Counted from the first letter of the stretch, positions 28,328 through 38,928 are shown. The stretch is 64,000 nucleotides of DNA from an uncultured Comamonas sp. (GCA_963520865.1 CAUQST010000009.1:17557-81556); one strand, 5' to 3'. Made by a program: numbers and translations. The notes: generated by a model from the sequence alone, not told the origin.

Positions 28328-29488
28328 TTACTTGGCCGAATCAACGATGGTCTTGACCTCTTCCCACTTGCCGCCCTTGACGGTGTAGATGGTCACGGCC
28401 ACTTCGTTCAGATCGCCATTCTTGTCATAGGCAATGTTGGCGCTGGTGGCACCGCTGCGCTTCAGACCTGCCAGCTTGGGCAGGTATTTGTCGCCCTTGG
28501 CAGAGCCTGCCGCTTGCATGGCAGTGATCATGTTCCATGCGCCGTCATAGGCGTAGGGTGCGTAAACACCGGGATCGGCCTTGAAACGGGCCTTGTAGGC
28601 TGCGGCAAATTTTTCACCCTGTGCCATGGTCTTCAGGGGCACACCGGCCAGCGATGCATAGGTGCCGTTAGCGGAGTCTCCAGCCAGACGCAGGAAGGTG
28701 TCGCTGCGGGTCATTTCACCCGAAACCAGCGGCTGGGTCAGGCCCAGCGTGGCCATCTGACGGCGCATTGGGCCAGATTGTGCGTCCAGACCGCCAAAGA
28801 AGATGGCTTCTGCGCCCTTGGCTTTGATGCTGGTGAGGATGGCGGTGAAGTCGCTGGCCTTGTCGGTCGTGTATTCGCGGGCCACAACAGTGCCACCGGC
28901 GCGCTTGACGGCTTGGATGACCTGGTCTGCCAGACCCTGGCCGTAAGCGGTGCGGTCATCAATGATGGCAACCTTCTTGGCCTTCAAATCCTTGACCATA
29001 AACACACCCACTGCGGCACCTTGCTGGGTGTCGCTGGTCATCATGCGGAAGGTGTTGTCATAGCCTTGCAAGGTGTACTCAGGCGATGTGGCCATGGCGA
29101 TTTGGGGAATGCCTGCGTCGTTGTACACGCGCGATGCAGGAATGGTGGTGCCCGAGTTGAAGTGGCCCAGCATGCCGTTGACCTTGGCGTCCGCAATTTG
29201 CTGCGCAACTTGCACGGCAGTGCGGGGGTCTGCCTGGTCATCTTTGGAGACCAGCACGAATTTGGCGGTATCACCATCGAGCTTGATGCCCTTGGCGTTG
29301 GCTTCTTCCAGTGCCAGCGTCAGGCCGTTGCGCATGTCTTCACCGTAGTGCGCTTGCGGGCCAGTCAACGGCGCTGCAAAGCCCAGGCGCACGGTGGTTT
29401 CTGCTTGAGCGGCGCTCATCAGGCCGCCAAAGGCGCAGGCCAGTGCCACGGTGCTGGTCAAAGTCTTGAAAGATGAAGAAGTTTTCAT
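28328..29488 (-). CDS. livK: branched-chain amino acid ABC transporter substrate-binding protein (LivJ/LivK-type)
   Basis: 386-aa ORF with a signal peptide (MKTSSSFKTLTSTVALACAFGGLMSAAQA) and a Peripla_BP_6-type body (VRLGFAAPLTGPQAHYGEDMRNG). Confidence 0.88.
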   Translation of the reverse strand: MKTSSSFKTLTSTVALACAFGGLMSAAQAETTVRLGFAAPLTGPQAHYGEDMRNGLTLALEEANAKGIKLDGDTAKFVLVSKDDQADPRTAVQVAQQIADAKVNGMLGHFNSGTTIPASRVYNDAGIPQIAMATSPEYTLQGYDNTFRMMTSDTQQGAAVGVFMVKDLKAKKVAIIDDRTAYGQGLADQVIQAVKRAGGTVVAREYTTDKASDFTAILTSIKAKGAEAIFFGGLDAQSGPMRRQMATLGLTQPLVSGEMTRSDTFLRLAGDSANGTYASLAGVPLKTMAQGEKFAAAYKARFKADPGVYAPYAYDGAWNMITAMQAAGSAKGDKYLPKLAGLKRSGATSANIAYDKNGDLNEVAVTIYTVKGGKWEEVKTIVDSAK

Positions 29489-29570
29489 GCTGCGGTGCTC
29501 CTAGGGTTGGAAATGAGAGGTCAGAGGGAAAAAGGGACTTTAGAAAGCTGTGATGGCAAAAGGAATGGGG

Positions 29571-32500
29571 CTAACCCACCATCATCAGGCTGGCGTTGCC
29601 ACCGGCTGCGGTGGTGTTGGTGCTGATGCTGACCTCTCGCAGCAAACGCTCATGGCGGTAGCGCTCGCCGCTGCGAATGTCTTCTGTGGTCAGCCCCTGA
29701 ACCAGCAGCAAAGGGCCGGGGCGTGCGCTGAACTGCTGCTGCAGGGGGAGCAGGGCGTCGGTGTCGCTTTCGGCCAGTGCCGCCTGCAAAGGCAGCTGTG
29801 CAATCTCGGCATCGGTGGCCCATTGCAAAGCAGCGTTTTGAGCGGCAGGTGTTTGTTGCTGCCATTGCACAACCAGTGCCCGCAGGCTGTCGCTGTCTTG
29901 CAGCAGCAGGGTGTTGCCGGTGGCGTGACATGCCTGCCACTGCGCGTGCAGCCCTTCAACGGTGGTGGGCATGCACCAGATGAGACCGCGTGCAAGCAGC
30001 AGGTATTGATTGACCTCGCCAGTGGGGCCATCCAGCATGACGTGCTGGTCAGCGGCAATGGCCAACGCTTGTGTGCCGCGCGCAGTGCTGATGGGCAGTT
30101 GCGACAGCACGGGCGCTTGCGCCAGCAGGCGGAACAGGTACAGCGGGCCACCGGCTTTGGGGCCGGTGCCAGACAGGCCTTCGCCACCAAACGGCTGTAC
30201 GCCCACGACGGCACCCACAACGTTGCGGTTCACGTAAATATTGCCAGCGTGGATACGGCTTGAGACATGGGCCACGGTTTCATCAAGGCGCGTGTGCACA
30301 CCGAACGTTAAACCAAAGCCCAAGCGGTTGATCTCTTCGAGCAGGGCATCCAGATCTTTGCGGGCATAGCGCAGCACGTGCAGCACAGGGCCAAACACTT
30401 CACGGCTCAGGTCTTGTACACGGCTCACTTCAATCAGCGTGGGCGCTACAAAGTGGCCGTGGCGGCATTCTGCGGGCAGCTCCAGGCGCGTCACGCGGTG
30501 GCCCTGGCTGCGCATGGTGTCGACATAGGCTTCAATATCTGCCTTGGCCTGTGCGTCAATCACGGGGCCTACATCGGTGGCCAGCTGGTCGGGGTTGCCA
30601 ACGCGCAGCTCTTGCATGGCACCGCGCAGCATGTGCAGCACGTGGTCGGCACTGTCGTCTTGCAGGCACAGCAGGCGCAGGGCTGAGCAGCGCTGGCCCG
30701 CAGAGTCATAGGCGGACATCAGCACATCACCCACCACTTGCTCAGACAGCGCCGATGAATCCACCACCATGGCGTTGATGCCACCGGTTTCTGCAATCAG
30801 CGGCACCGGCTTGCCGTGGCTGCCCAGACGCTGCGAGAGCGTGCGGTGAATGTGCTGGGCCACGGGGTGCGAGCCCGTAAACACCACGGCGTCTGTGGCC
30901 GGGTGCGCCACCAAGGCCTCGCCAACGGTCTCGCCGTCGCCGGGCAGCAGTTGCAGCGCATGCTCTGGAATGCCAGCCTGGTGCAGCATGGCTACGGCTT
31001 GCGCGGCGATCAAATTGGTTTGCTCTGCCGGTTTGGCAATCACCACGTTGCCGGCTGCCAGCGCCGCAGCTACTTGGCCGGTAAAGATGGCCAGCGGAAA
31101 ATTCCAGGGGCTGATGCACACCACCACGCCCAAGGGGCGGTGGCTGTCGTTGTTCAGGTGCTGCTCGGCCTGCTGCGCGTAATAGCGCAGAAAGTCGATG
31201 GCCTCGCGCACTTCCGAGATCGCATTGGGCAGAGTCTTGCCGGCTTCGCGGCACAGCAAGCCCATCAACGGTTGCAGTTGCGCCTGCATGCTATCGGCAG
31301 CGCGTTGCAGGGCTTGTGCGCGGGCATTGACCGGCGTTGCTTGCCAGATGGGGGCTGCGTGCTGGGCCTGTGCCATGGCCAGCGCCACTTCTGCATGGCC
31401 TGCCATGCGCACCTCGCCCAGTACATCGCTGGCATTGGATGGGTTGTGAATGGCTTGTGCGGTCAGGTGCGCAGCGTTGGCAGGCTGGGCCGTCAGCGGT
31501 GCCACACTGCCCAGCAGCGCGGCTGACAACGAGGCCAGGCGCTGCTCATTGCTCAAGTCCACGCCCGCAGAGTTGCTGCGTGCTTGCGCGGCATACAAAT
31601 CGGCAGGGGCAGGAATGCGGTCATGGGGGCGGCCCAGCGGGGTCAGCGCCTGGGCTGCGGCCACGGGGTCTGCCACCAATTGCTCAATGGCGACGGTTTC
31701 ATCCCCAATTTGGTGAACAAAAGAGCTGTTGGCACCGTTTTCCAGCAAGCGGCGCACCAGGTAGGCCAGCAAGGTCTCGTGCGTGCCTACGGGCGCATAA
31801 ATGCGGCAGGGGCGGGCCAGCTTGCCGTTGGCGGTATCGCCCACCACTTCTTCGTACAGGCCTTCGCCCATGCCGTGCAGGCATTGAAACTCGTACTGGC
31901 CCCGGTAATAGTTGTTGCCAGCCATGTGGTAAATGCTGGCCAGTGTGTGGGCGTTGTGTGTGGCGAACTGCGGGAAGATGGCCTCCGGTGCACCCAGCAG
32001 CTTGCGGGCGCAGGCCAGGTATGACACATCGGTGTGCAGCTTGCGCGTGAACACGGGGTAGTCTTCCAGTCCATCCACCTGGGCGCGCTTGATTTCGCTG
32101 TCCCAGTACGCGCCTTTGACCAGACGCACCATCAGGCGGTGCTTGCTGCGGCGGGCCAGATCAATGATCCAGTCCAGCACAGCATACGCACGGCGCTGGT
32201 AAGCCTGCACCACAAAACCAATACCGTTCCAGCCTGCCAGCGATGGCGCAAAGCACAGCTGCTCCAGCAGATCGAAAGAGATCTCCAGGCGGTCTGCTTC
32301 TTCGGCGTCAATGTTCAGGCCAATGTCGTAGTGGCGGGCCAGTTCGGCCAGCTTGAGCAGGCGCGGAAACAGCTCCTGCATCACGCGCTCACGCTGGGCG
32401 CGGCTGTAGCGGGGGTGCAGGGCCGACAGCTTGATGGAGATGCCCGGGCCTTCATAGATGCCACGGCCTTGCGAGGCCTGGCCAATGGCATGAATGGCTT

Positions 32501-33407
32501 GCTCGTACGACTGCAGGTAGCGTGCGGCATCTTCTTCGGTGGTTGCGGCCTCGCCCAGCATGTCGTAGGAGTAGCGAAAGCCTTTTTCTTCCAGCTTGCG
32601 GCTGTTGGCCAGCGCTGCCGCAATGGTCTGTCCGGTGACAAATTGCTCGCCCATCATGCGCATGGCGGTATTCACACCCTGGCGAATCAGGGGCTCGCCC
32701 CCTTTGGCAATCAGGCGGGTTAGCGCAGAGCCCAGCTTTTGCTCGCTGTGCACGCTGACCAGCTTGCCGGTAATCATCAAGCCCCAGGTGGCGGCGTTGA
32801 CGAAGAGGGAGGGGGAGTCGGTGTGCGACTTCCAGTCGCCCTTGCTGACCTTGTCGCGGATCAGTGCATCGCGCGTGGCACGGTCTGGAATGCGCAGCAA
32901 TGCTTCAGCCAGACACATCAGGGCCACGCCTTCCTGGCTGGAGAGCGAATACTCCTGCACCAGCGCTTCAACGCCCGACGTCTTTTTGTGGCGCTTATCG
33001 CGCAAGGTCTGTACCAGGCGCGCAGCCAGTGCGTGCACGCCCGTGGGGTGGGTGCTGGTGGCAGGGGCCATCAGCAAGGGCAGGCATTCGGTTTCAGGGC
33101 GGCGGTAGGCGGCGGTAATGGCAGCACGCAGCACGCTTTGTGCTTGCACATCTTGGGCCAGTGCGTAAAACGGTGCATAGGCTTGACCACCGTCAAGCAG
33201 GTGCTCGGGTTCTACTGCATCGCCCTGACTGGTGCTACCCAGGTACTGCAGCTCAGGCAATGGTTTACCTTGCTCGATCGCTTCCAGGTAACTTTGCAGC
33301 GCCTGCTTGTGCAGCCAATGCGGCGTGCAACCCAATTGCAGGGCTGCAGCCTTGAGTCTGTCCCGCATCAACTCGTCTACCTTGATGCCAATGGTCGTTG
33401 TCGCCAT
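29571..33407 (-). CDS. putA: trifunctional PutA: RHH repressor / proline dehydrogenase / 1-pyrroline-5-carboxylate dehydrogenase
   Basis: 1278-aa ORF. It has an N-terminal ribbon-helix-helix (TTIGIKVDELMRDRLKAAALQLGCTPHWLHKQAL), a PRODH barrel (SYDMLGEAA, VRLVKGAYWD) and an ALDH domain (FTGSHPVAQ, ETGGINAM, QRCSALR). Confidence 0.95.
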   Translation of the reverse strand: MATTTIGIKVDELMRDRLKAAALQLGCTPHWLHKQALQSYLEAIEQGKPLPELQYLGSTSQGDAVEPEHLLDGGQAYAPFYALAQDVQAQSVLRAAITAAYRRPETECLPLLMAPATSTHPTGVHALAARLVQTLRDKRHKKTSGVEALVQEYSLSSQEGVALMCLAEALLRIPDRATRDALIRDKVSKGDWKSHTDSPSLFVNAATWGLMITGKLVSVHSEQKLGSALTRLIAKGGEPLIRQGVNTAMRMMGEQFVTGQTIAAALANSRKLEEKGFRYSYDMLGEAATTEEDAARYLQSYEQAIHAIGQASQGRGIYEGPGISIKLSALHPRYSRAQRERVMQELFPRLLKLAELARHYDIGLNIDAEEADRLEISFDLLEQLCFAPSLAGWNGIGFVVQAYQRRAYAVLDWIIDLARRSKHRLMVRLVKGAYWDSEIKRAQVDGLEDYPVFTRKLHTDVSYLACARKLLGAPEAIFPQFATHNAHTLASIYHMAGNNYYRGQYEFQCLHGMGEGLYEEVVGDTANGKLARPCRIYAPVGTHETLLAYLVRRLLENGANSSFVHQIGDETVAIEQLVADPVAAAQALTPLGRPHDRIPAPADLYAAQARSNSAGVDLSNEQRLASLSAALLGSVAPLTAQPANAAHLTAQAIHNPSNASDVLGEVRMAGHAEVALAMAQAQHAAPIWQATPVNARAQALQRAADSMQAQLQPLMGLLCREAGKTLPNAISEVREAIDFLRYYAQQAEQHLNNDSHRPLGVVVCISPWNFPLAIFTGQVAAALAAGNVVIAKPAEQTNLIAAQAVAMLHQAGIPEHALQLLPGDGETVGEALVAHPATDAVVFTGSHPVAQHIHRTLSQRLGSHGKPVPLIAETGGINAMVVDSSALSEQVVGDVLMSAYDSAGQRCSALRLLCLQDDSADHVLHMLRGAMQELRVGNPDQLATDVGPVIDAQAKADIEAYVDTMRSQGHRVTRLELPAECRHGHFVAPTLIEVSRVQDLSREVFGPVLHVLRYARKDLDALLEEINRLGFGLTFGVHTRLDETVAHVSSRIHAGNIYVNRNVVGAVVGVQPFGGEGLSGTGPKAGGPLYLFRLLAQAPVLSQLPISTARGTQALAIAADQHVMLDGPTGEVNQYLLLARGLIWCMPTTVEGLHAQWQACHATGNTLLLQDSDSLRALVVQWQQQTPAAQNAALQWATDAEIAQLPLQAALAESDTDALLPLQQQFSARPGPLLLVQGLTTEDIRSGERYRHERLLREVSISTNTTAAGGNASLMMVG

Positions 33408-33468
33408 AACCGCCTAGCTCCTGAAGAAGAACCTGTGCCTATTGCAAAGTGGCGCGATTCTAAAAAGA

Positions 33469-33517
33469 TGCAACCCAAACAGATATTGGGGTTTACCTGT
33501 TTTCAGATTGGTGCAAC
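33469..33517. promoter_or_regulatory. two GTTGCA motifs (PutA-operator-like) upstream of putA
   Basis: tgcaac at 33469-33474 and 33512-33517 reads GTTGCA on the putA strand. They lie 62 and 105 nt upstream of the putA ATG. GTTGCA is the E. coli PutA RHH recognition hexamer. Confidence 0.35.
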
Positions 33518-33685
33518 CGCGCCAACTGGTTGGGTTAACTGCAGAAAGCGTGCCAAGAGCGGGTGGAGATCAATAAAATAAAAAGAGAGCTCTTATCGCT
33601 TATGAATCAATGGTTTCAATGTGTTATGTATCTGAAAACTAATGCTGGCATGCGCTATACGCTCTTATTTTTTAAATCAGGCAAT

Positions 33686-33715
33686 AAAAAAGGCTTCCCG
33701 TAGGAAGCCTTTTTT
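33686..33715. terminator. intrinsic terminator after efp (GGCTTCC-N4-GGAAGCC type)
   Basis: aaaaaaGGCTTCCcgtaGGAAGCCtttttt, about 35 nt downstream of the efp stop. Confidence 0.85.
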
Positions 33716-33748
33716 GCATGGCGGGCAGCGACTGGCGCTGCACTGCCA

Positions 33749-34303
33749 TTACACGCGCTTGCGGTATTCGCCAGTGCGGGTGTCGATTTCGATCTTGTCT
33801 TCCTGGGCCACAAACAAAGGCACAGCCACTTCAAAACCGGTTGCAATCTTGGCAGGCTTGAGCACCTTGCCGGAAGTGTCGCCCTTGACGGCTGGCTCAG
33901 TCCAGGTGATTTCGCGCACCACAGTAGTGGGCAGTTCGCAGGAGATGGCCTTGCCGTCATAGAACACGACTTCAGCTTCCATGCCGTCTTCCAGGTAGTT
34001 GATGGCGTCGCCCATGTTGGCGGCTTCCACTTCGTACTGGTTGAACTCGGAGTCCATCCATACGTACATCGGGTCAGCGAAGTAGGAGTAAGTGCAGTCC
34101 TTCTTTTCCAAGATCACGTTGTCGATCTTGTCGTCGGCCTTGAACACGTTTTCTGTGCCGAAGTTGCCGATCAGGGACTTGAGCTTCATGCGCACAGTGG
34201 CTGCACCGCGGCCGCCACGAGCGTATTCGGTCTTCAGAACGATCATGGGGTCCTTGCCGTGCATGATCACGTTGCCGGCGCGGATTTCTTGTGCGATTTT
34301 CAT
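33749..34303 (-). CDS. efp: elongation factor P (Arg32 type)
   Basis: [44 protein letters not shown]. The residue at the tip of the loop (position 32) is Arg, not Lys. Confidence 0.95.
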   Translation of the reverse strand: MKIAQEIRAGNVIMHGKDPMIVLKTEYARGGRGAATVRMKLKSLIGNFGTENVFKADDKIDNVILEKKDCTYSYFADPMYVWMDSEFNQYEVEAANMGDAINYLEDGMEAEVVFYDGKAISCELPTTVVREITWTEPAVKGDTSGKVLKPAKIATGFEVAVPLFVAQEDKIEIDTRTGEYRKRV

Positions 34304-34463
34304 AGCTTGCTTAGCTGGTTGGGTTGAAGCCGCTCAACACAGCAGGCAAGCATGTCGCTTTTGAAAGCGGAAAAGCCTGCCGCATGTTCCGCGGCGGGAG
34401 CCGTCCAAAATGCCGAAGCTGCACACGTGCGTGGCAGCCGATCAGGAGGGCAAAACCGAGATT

Positions 34464-35567
34464 TTAGCTTTTTTCTGCCACAAACTGTTGTAGCTGTGCG
34501 ATCAAGTCGTTTTGTGTCAGTAATTTTTCTCGCGCTTGCAGGGCGCAGGCACGCCATTCCTGCAGTAATTCAGGGGTGATTGTGGGCAGTGTGGCGGCAT
34601 CTGTCAGGCCGTTCCAGGCATGGTGAAAGCTGCGCAAACTGACAGGAGCCTGGAGCCAGTCCAAAAAAGCATTGAGCTTGGCATGGTGGGCGTTGTCATC
34701 TTGCGGGTAGATGTGCCAGACAAAGGGCTGACCCGCCCACAGTGCGCGGACCAGTGAGTCTTCGCCGCGCACCAGATTCAAATCACAGGCCCACAGCATT
34801 TCGTCAAAAGCCACTTGCGTGCGTGCGGGTAAATAGACGGGATGCAGGCGCTGGGCACTGTCCAGTGCTTGTACGGCGGCCGCAGCGCGCCCTGGCGTGA
34901 CCAGCAAGCGTGGTGCAAAACCAGGGCTGGGCGTGGCCAGCTGTTGCAGCAAGGTAGGCAGCGCGGGCGGCTCGTAGCAAAACAGCGAAATGGCATGTTC
35001 ACTACTGCGCACGCCATGTTGCGCGCGCCATGTGGTGCGGTCAAAGTTGGCCTGGCGGGTGTGCAGCTGGTGCTCTCGGATCAAACCGCCCGTGCGGGCT
35101 GTAAACCCTGGGTAGAAGAACCAGCGGGTCATGCCAGCGGCGGGGCCAGACATGATGAGCGAGGGCAGGCGGTGGCAGCGTTCTACATAGTCTTCGGCAG
35201 AGAGATACTCCAGATTTACCAGCACAGTCGGGTGCGCACCCTCTGTCAGGCATTGCTCGTGGCGCTGCGCCAAAGCGTGCAGATAAGGAGCAGGCGCTTC
35301 GCAGCCAAAGGCTTCAACAACGACATCGGCGTGCGTGTCGGTGTCGGCTGCTGCGTCATACGGCAGGATGTGAACATTCGGTGCACCCTGCGGAGCCATC
35401 CATGCCAGAGCCGATGCATCGTCAATGCGCAGGCTGACGTGCGCGCCACGTGCGCCCAGCTCTGTCGCCAGACGCCAGCACACACCAATATCTCCATAGT
35501 TGTCGATCACCTGACAAAAAATATCCCAGCGCTGGGCGGGCATGGAGCGGGGTGTTGCAGTGGGCAT
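34464..35567 (-). CDS. earP: EF-P arginine-32 rhamnosyltransferase
   Basis: RWDIFCQVIDNYGDIGVCWRLATELGARG is the EarP (DUF2331) N-terminal signature. It lies directly upstream of efp. The start may be the Met at 35543. Confidence 0.88.
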   Translation of the reverse strand: MPTATPRSMPAQRWDIFCQVIDNYGDIGVCWRLATELGARGAHVSLRIDDASALAWMAPQGAPNVHILPYDAAADTDTHADVVVEAFGCEAPAPYLHALAQRHEQCLTEGAHPTVLVNLEYLSAEDYVERCHRLPSLIMSGPAAGMTRWFFYPGFTARTGGLIREHQLHTRQANFDRTTWRAQHGVRSSEHAISLFCYEPPALPTLLQQLATPSPGFAPRLLVTPGRAAAAVQALDSAQRLHPVYLPARTQVAFDEMLWACDLNLVRGEDSLVRALWAGQPFVWHIYPQDDNAHHAKLNAFLDWLQAPVSLRSFHHAWNGLTDAATLPTITPELLQEWRACALQAREKLLTQNDLIAQLQQFVAEKS

Positions 35568-35776
35568 GGCTGTGTCAAAAAGATCCGCAATAGTGCGGGC
35601 GGGCGATGGTAGCGCAGGCGGGCCGGCGCACTATGCTGTGCGTGATTGCTACAGACGCAGCAGCTTGTGCAGAAAATTGACCGCTAACGCAGGCATGACA
35701 AGCGCTGACAGCTATTTATTTGAAAAAGCGTAAAGCGTTTTTGTGCGGGCTTTGCACAAGACGCCACAATGCGCGC

Positions 35777-37720
35777 ATGTCTTTTGTTGAGCACTCTCCT
35801 GAAATATTGGCCCAGGTTGCGGCTTTGCCGTCGCTGCCTGGCGTGTACCGCTATTTCGATGCAGCAGACCAGTTGCTGTACGTGGGCAAGGCGCGCAATC
35901 TCAAGCGCCGCGTCAGCAGCTATTTTCAGAAAGACCATGGTGGCACGCGCATTGGGCACATGGTCAGCAAAATTGCCAAGCTGGAGACCACGGTGGTGCG
36001 CTCAGAGGCAGAGGCGCTGCTGCTGGAAAATAACCTCATCAAAACCCAGCACCCCAAGTACAACATTCTGTTTCGGGATGACAAAAGCTATCCCTATCTG
36101 AAGTTGACTGGCGTATCGGTGCGCGATGGCGATGCAGGCAGCCCTCCGGGCCAGCGATTTCCGCGCATAGCGTATTACCGCGGCAGTACCGACAAGAAGC
36201 ACCGCTACTTTGGCCCTTACCCCAGTGCATGGGCAGTCAAGGAAAGCATCCAGCTGCTGCAAAAAGTATTCAGATTGCGGACCTGTGAAGACACGGTGTT
36301 TGCCAACCGTTCTCGCCCTTGCTTGCTATTTCAAATCAAGCGCTGCTCCGCCCCTTGTGTCAATCACATCAGTCCGCAGGATTACGCCACCGATGTGCGC
36401 AACGCCGAGGCCATGCTGCGCGGTGAAACGCAGGAGCTGCTGCAGCAAATGGAGGCTCGCATGATGGAGCATGCACAAAAGCAGGAGTATGAAAAAGCGG
36501 CAGAAATCCGCAATCAAATGTCTGCGCTCTCCACCGTGCTGCACCAGCAGGCGATTGAAACCACCAGCGATAAAGATGTGGACATCCTGGCAGTCAGGGT
36601 GCAAGGTGGTCGCGCCTGCGTGAACCTGGCCATGGTGCGCGGTGGCCGGCATCTGGGTGACCGCGCGTACTTTCCTTCTCAACTGGACGACGCCATGGGT
36701 GTTTACCAGCTCGAGGACGAGGTGCAGCAGCAATCGGTAGAGGTGCGTGTGCTGGAGGCCTTCTTGGCGCAGCACTACATCGATGTCCCTATCCCGCCCG
36801 TGCTGGTCATGAGTGAGGGAGTCGATGTGCCGTTGATTCAGGCGTTGTCAGTGCAGGCCGGCTACAAAATCACGGCCGTGCAACAACCCCGTGAACAGCG
36901 TCGCATCTGGCTGGAGATGGCCGAGCAGAACGCAGCCATTCAGTTGGCGCGTTTGCTGGCAGAAGAAGGCTCTCAGCAGGCACGTACACGCGCACTGGCC
37001 GAGGCTTTGGACTTGCCGCAGGAGCGCCTGGATGAACTCACAATTGAGTGCTTTGACATTTCGCACACGGCAGGCGAGAGCACACAGGCTTCGTGCGTGG
37101 TGTTTCACCATCACAAGATGCAAAACAGCGAATATCGTCGCTTCAACATCACAGGCATTACCCCGGGCGATGACTATGCCGCCATGCGGCAGGTGCTGAC
37201 ACGGCGTTACCAGCCCGTGGCAGATGCTTTGCAGGCCGCCGGTGGCGCAGAGCCCGAGCGCGGCGCACCCCGTTTGCCTGATTTGGTGCTGGTGGATGGA
37301 GGCAAAGGGCAGGTCAGCATGGCGCGCGAAGTATTCACCCAGCTGGGGCTGGACTTGTCCCGGATCGTGGGGGTCGAAAAGGGTGAAGGCCGCAAAGTCG
37401 GTCTGGAAGAGCTGGTGTTTGCCGATGGTCGCCCAAAAGTCTATTTAGGGCACGACTCGGCAGCCTTGATGCTGATTGCCCAGATCCGTGACGAAGCACA
37501 CCGGTTTGCCATTACAGGGATGCGTGCACAGCGCGCCAAGGTGCGTACGGGGCAAAGCAGTCTGGAGGATATTCCAGGTGTCGGTCCCAAGCGTCGCGCC
37601 CGCTTGCTGCAGCGTTTTGGTGGCGTGCGTGGTGTGACCAATGCCAGCATCGAAGATCTGATGACGGTAGACGGTATTTCTGCCAGTTTGGCCGATGATA
37701 TTTACCGCGCATTGCATTGA
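35777..37720 (+). CDS. uvrC: excinuclease ABC subunit C
   Basis: GIY-YIG domain ([34 protein letters not shown]), UVR domain ([14 protein letters not shown]), an endonuclease domain and a C-terminal HhH2 ([18 protein letters not shown]). ATG at 35777. Confidence 0.93.
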   Translation: MSFVEHSPEILAQVAALPSLPGVYRYFDAADQLLYVGKARNLKRRVSSYFQKDHGGTRIGHMVSKIAKLETTVVRSEAEALLLENNLIKTQHPKYNILFRDDKSYPYLKLTGVSVRDGDAGSPPGQRFPRIAYYRGSTDKKHRYFGPYPSAWAVKESIQLLQKVFRLRTCEDTVFANRSRPCLLFQIKRCSAPCVNHISPQDYATDVRNAEAMLRGETQELLQQMEARMMEHAQKQEYEKAAEIRNQMSALSTVLHQQAIETTSDKDVDILAVRVQGGRACVNLAMVRGGRHLGDRAYFPSQLDDAMGVYQLEDEVQQQSVEVRVLEAFLAQHYIDVPIPPVLVMSEGVDVPLIQALSVQAGYKITAVQQPREQRRIWLEMAEQNAAIQLARLLAEEGSQQARTRALAEALDLPQERLDELTIECFDISHTAGESTQASCVVFHHHKMQNSEYRRFNITGITPGDDYAAMRQVLTRRYQPVADALQAAGGAEPERGAPRLPDLVLVDGGKGQVSMAREVFTQLGLDLSRIVGVEKGEGRKVGLEELVFADGRPKVYLGHDSAALMLIAQIRDEAHRFAITGMRAQRAKVRTGQSSLEDIPGVGPKRRARLLQRFGGVRGVTNASIEDLMTVDGISASLADDIYRALH

Positions 37721-37795
37721 TGCTTGGTTACCTACGCAGTTTTACCAAGTACACGCTTGCGTTCAAAGTGCGTCAGGCGTGACACAATCGCGCCC

Positions 37796-38365
37796 ATGTT
37801 CTTCACCATTCCCACCTTGATGACCTGGACGCGCATTGTCGCGATCCCCTTGATCGTCGGAGTGTTCTACGCGCCATTCACACCGGAAACCCGCAACCTG
37901 ATTGCGGCGTTGATGTTCATTGTCTTTGCCGCTACTGACTGGCTGGATGGCTTTTTAGCGCGGCGCTTGAACCAGACCTCCTCGTTTGGTGCCTTCTTGG
38001 ATCCAGTGGCAGACAAGTTTCTGGTGTGCGCTTCGTTGCTGGTGCTGGTGCATTTGCAACGTGCCGATGTCTTTGTGGCGTTGATCATCATTGGCCGCGA
38101 AATCGCAATCTCTGCTTTGCGTGAATGGATGGCACAGATCGGCGCCAGCAAGAGTGTGGCTGTGCACATGCTGGGCAAGCTCAAGACAACGGTGCAAATG
38201 GTGGCTATTCCCTTTATGTTGTATGACGGCGTATTGTTTGGTGTTGTGGATACCCGCTTGTGGGGGCAAATCTTGATCTGGATTGCCGCGGTGCTGACCG
38301 TGTGGTCCATGGTGTATTACTTGCAAAAAGCAATTCCAGAGATTCGCAGCCGCGTCAAGAACTAG
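37796..38365 (+). CDS. pgsA: CDP-diacylglycerol--glycerol-3-phosphate 3-phosphatidyltransferase
   Basis: CDP-alcohol phosphotransferase motif DWLDGFLARRLNQTSSFGAFLDPVADK. ATG at 37796 (MFFTIPTLMTWTRI...). Confidence 0.92.
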   Translation: MFFTIPTLMTWTRIVAIPLIVGVFYAPFTPETRNLIAALMFIVFAATDWLDGFLARRLNQTSSFGAFLDPVADKFLVCASLLVLVHLQRADVFVALIIIGREIAISALREWMAQIGASKSVAVHMLGKLKTTVQMVAIPFMLYDGVLFGVVDTRLWGQILIWIAAVLTVWSMVYYLQKAIPEIRSRVKN

Positions 38366-38387
38366 CTTGCACATTGCACAACGCAAG

Positions 38388-38419
38388 AGCGCCAAGGACA
38401 CACCTTCGGCGCTTTTTTG
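38388..38419 (+). terminator. intrinsic terminator after pgsA
   Basis: AGCGCCAAGGacacacCCTTCGGCGCTttttt is a 10-bp stem with one bulge, followed by a T-run. Confidence 0.75.
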
Positions 38420-38655
38420 TTGCCTCTATCTGCGGGGGCGTGTAAAAAGTGAACGCCTGCCGCAGATGAAGCGGTAGATGCATTTGTCAATGCGGAAAGT
38501 CACTTCGAGCAAAAGCGGTAAAAAAATCGTTTTTTCGTCAAAATGCTTGGCAAACCTGACTAGAATCTCGCCTAACGCTGACAAGCACCATGCGGTGTTG
38601 AGTTTTAAACTCTGTCACAAAGGCGGTCCAACAACCATTTCTCGAGAGGCATCTT

Positions 38656-38928
38656 GTGAATAAGACTGAACTGATTGAGCACATTGCTAATAACGCCGAT
38701 ATCTCCAAAGCTGCCGCAGCTCGCGCGCTGGAGTCGACGATTGATGCAGTGAAGAAAACCCTCAAAAAGGGCGGTACAGTTTCTTTGGTAGGTTTTGGTA
38801 CTTTTGCAGTTGGCAAGCGTGCTGCACGCACTGGTCGTAATCCACGTACCGGTGATGCCATTAAGATCAAAGCAGCTAAGGTGCCTAAATTCCGTCCAGG
38901 TAAGGCACTTAAAGACGCTTTGAACTGA
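38656..38928 (+). CDS. hupB: DNA-binding protein HU
   Basis: 90 aa with a GTG start. [90 protein letters not shown] is the canonical HU sequence. Confidence 0.95.
   Translation: MNKTELIEHIANNADISKAAAARALESTIDAVKKTLKKGGTVSLVGFGTFAVGKRAARTGRNPRTGDAIKIKAAKVPKFRPGKALKDALN

Noticed and set aside
26146-29476. Very long plus-strand ORFs (398 aa at 26146-27342 and 387 aa at 28313-29476) opposite livM/livH/livK. Similar antisense ORFs occur at 11251-12249, 13889-14785, 16730-17536, 30816-32723 and 48890-49783.
   Set aside because: Each lies entirely antisense to a gene with unambiguous family motifs. Their translations are R/H/G/Q-rich and low-complexity with no recognisable domains, the usual shadow ORFs of GC-rich coding DNA.
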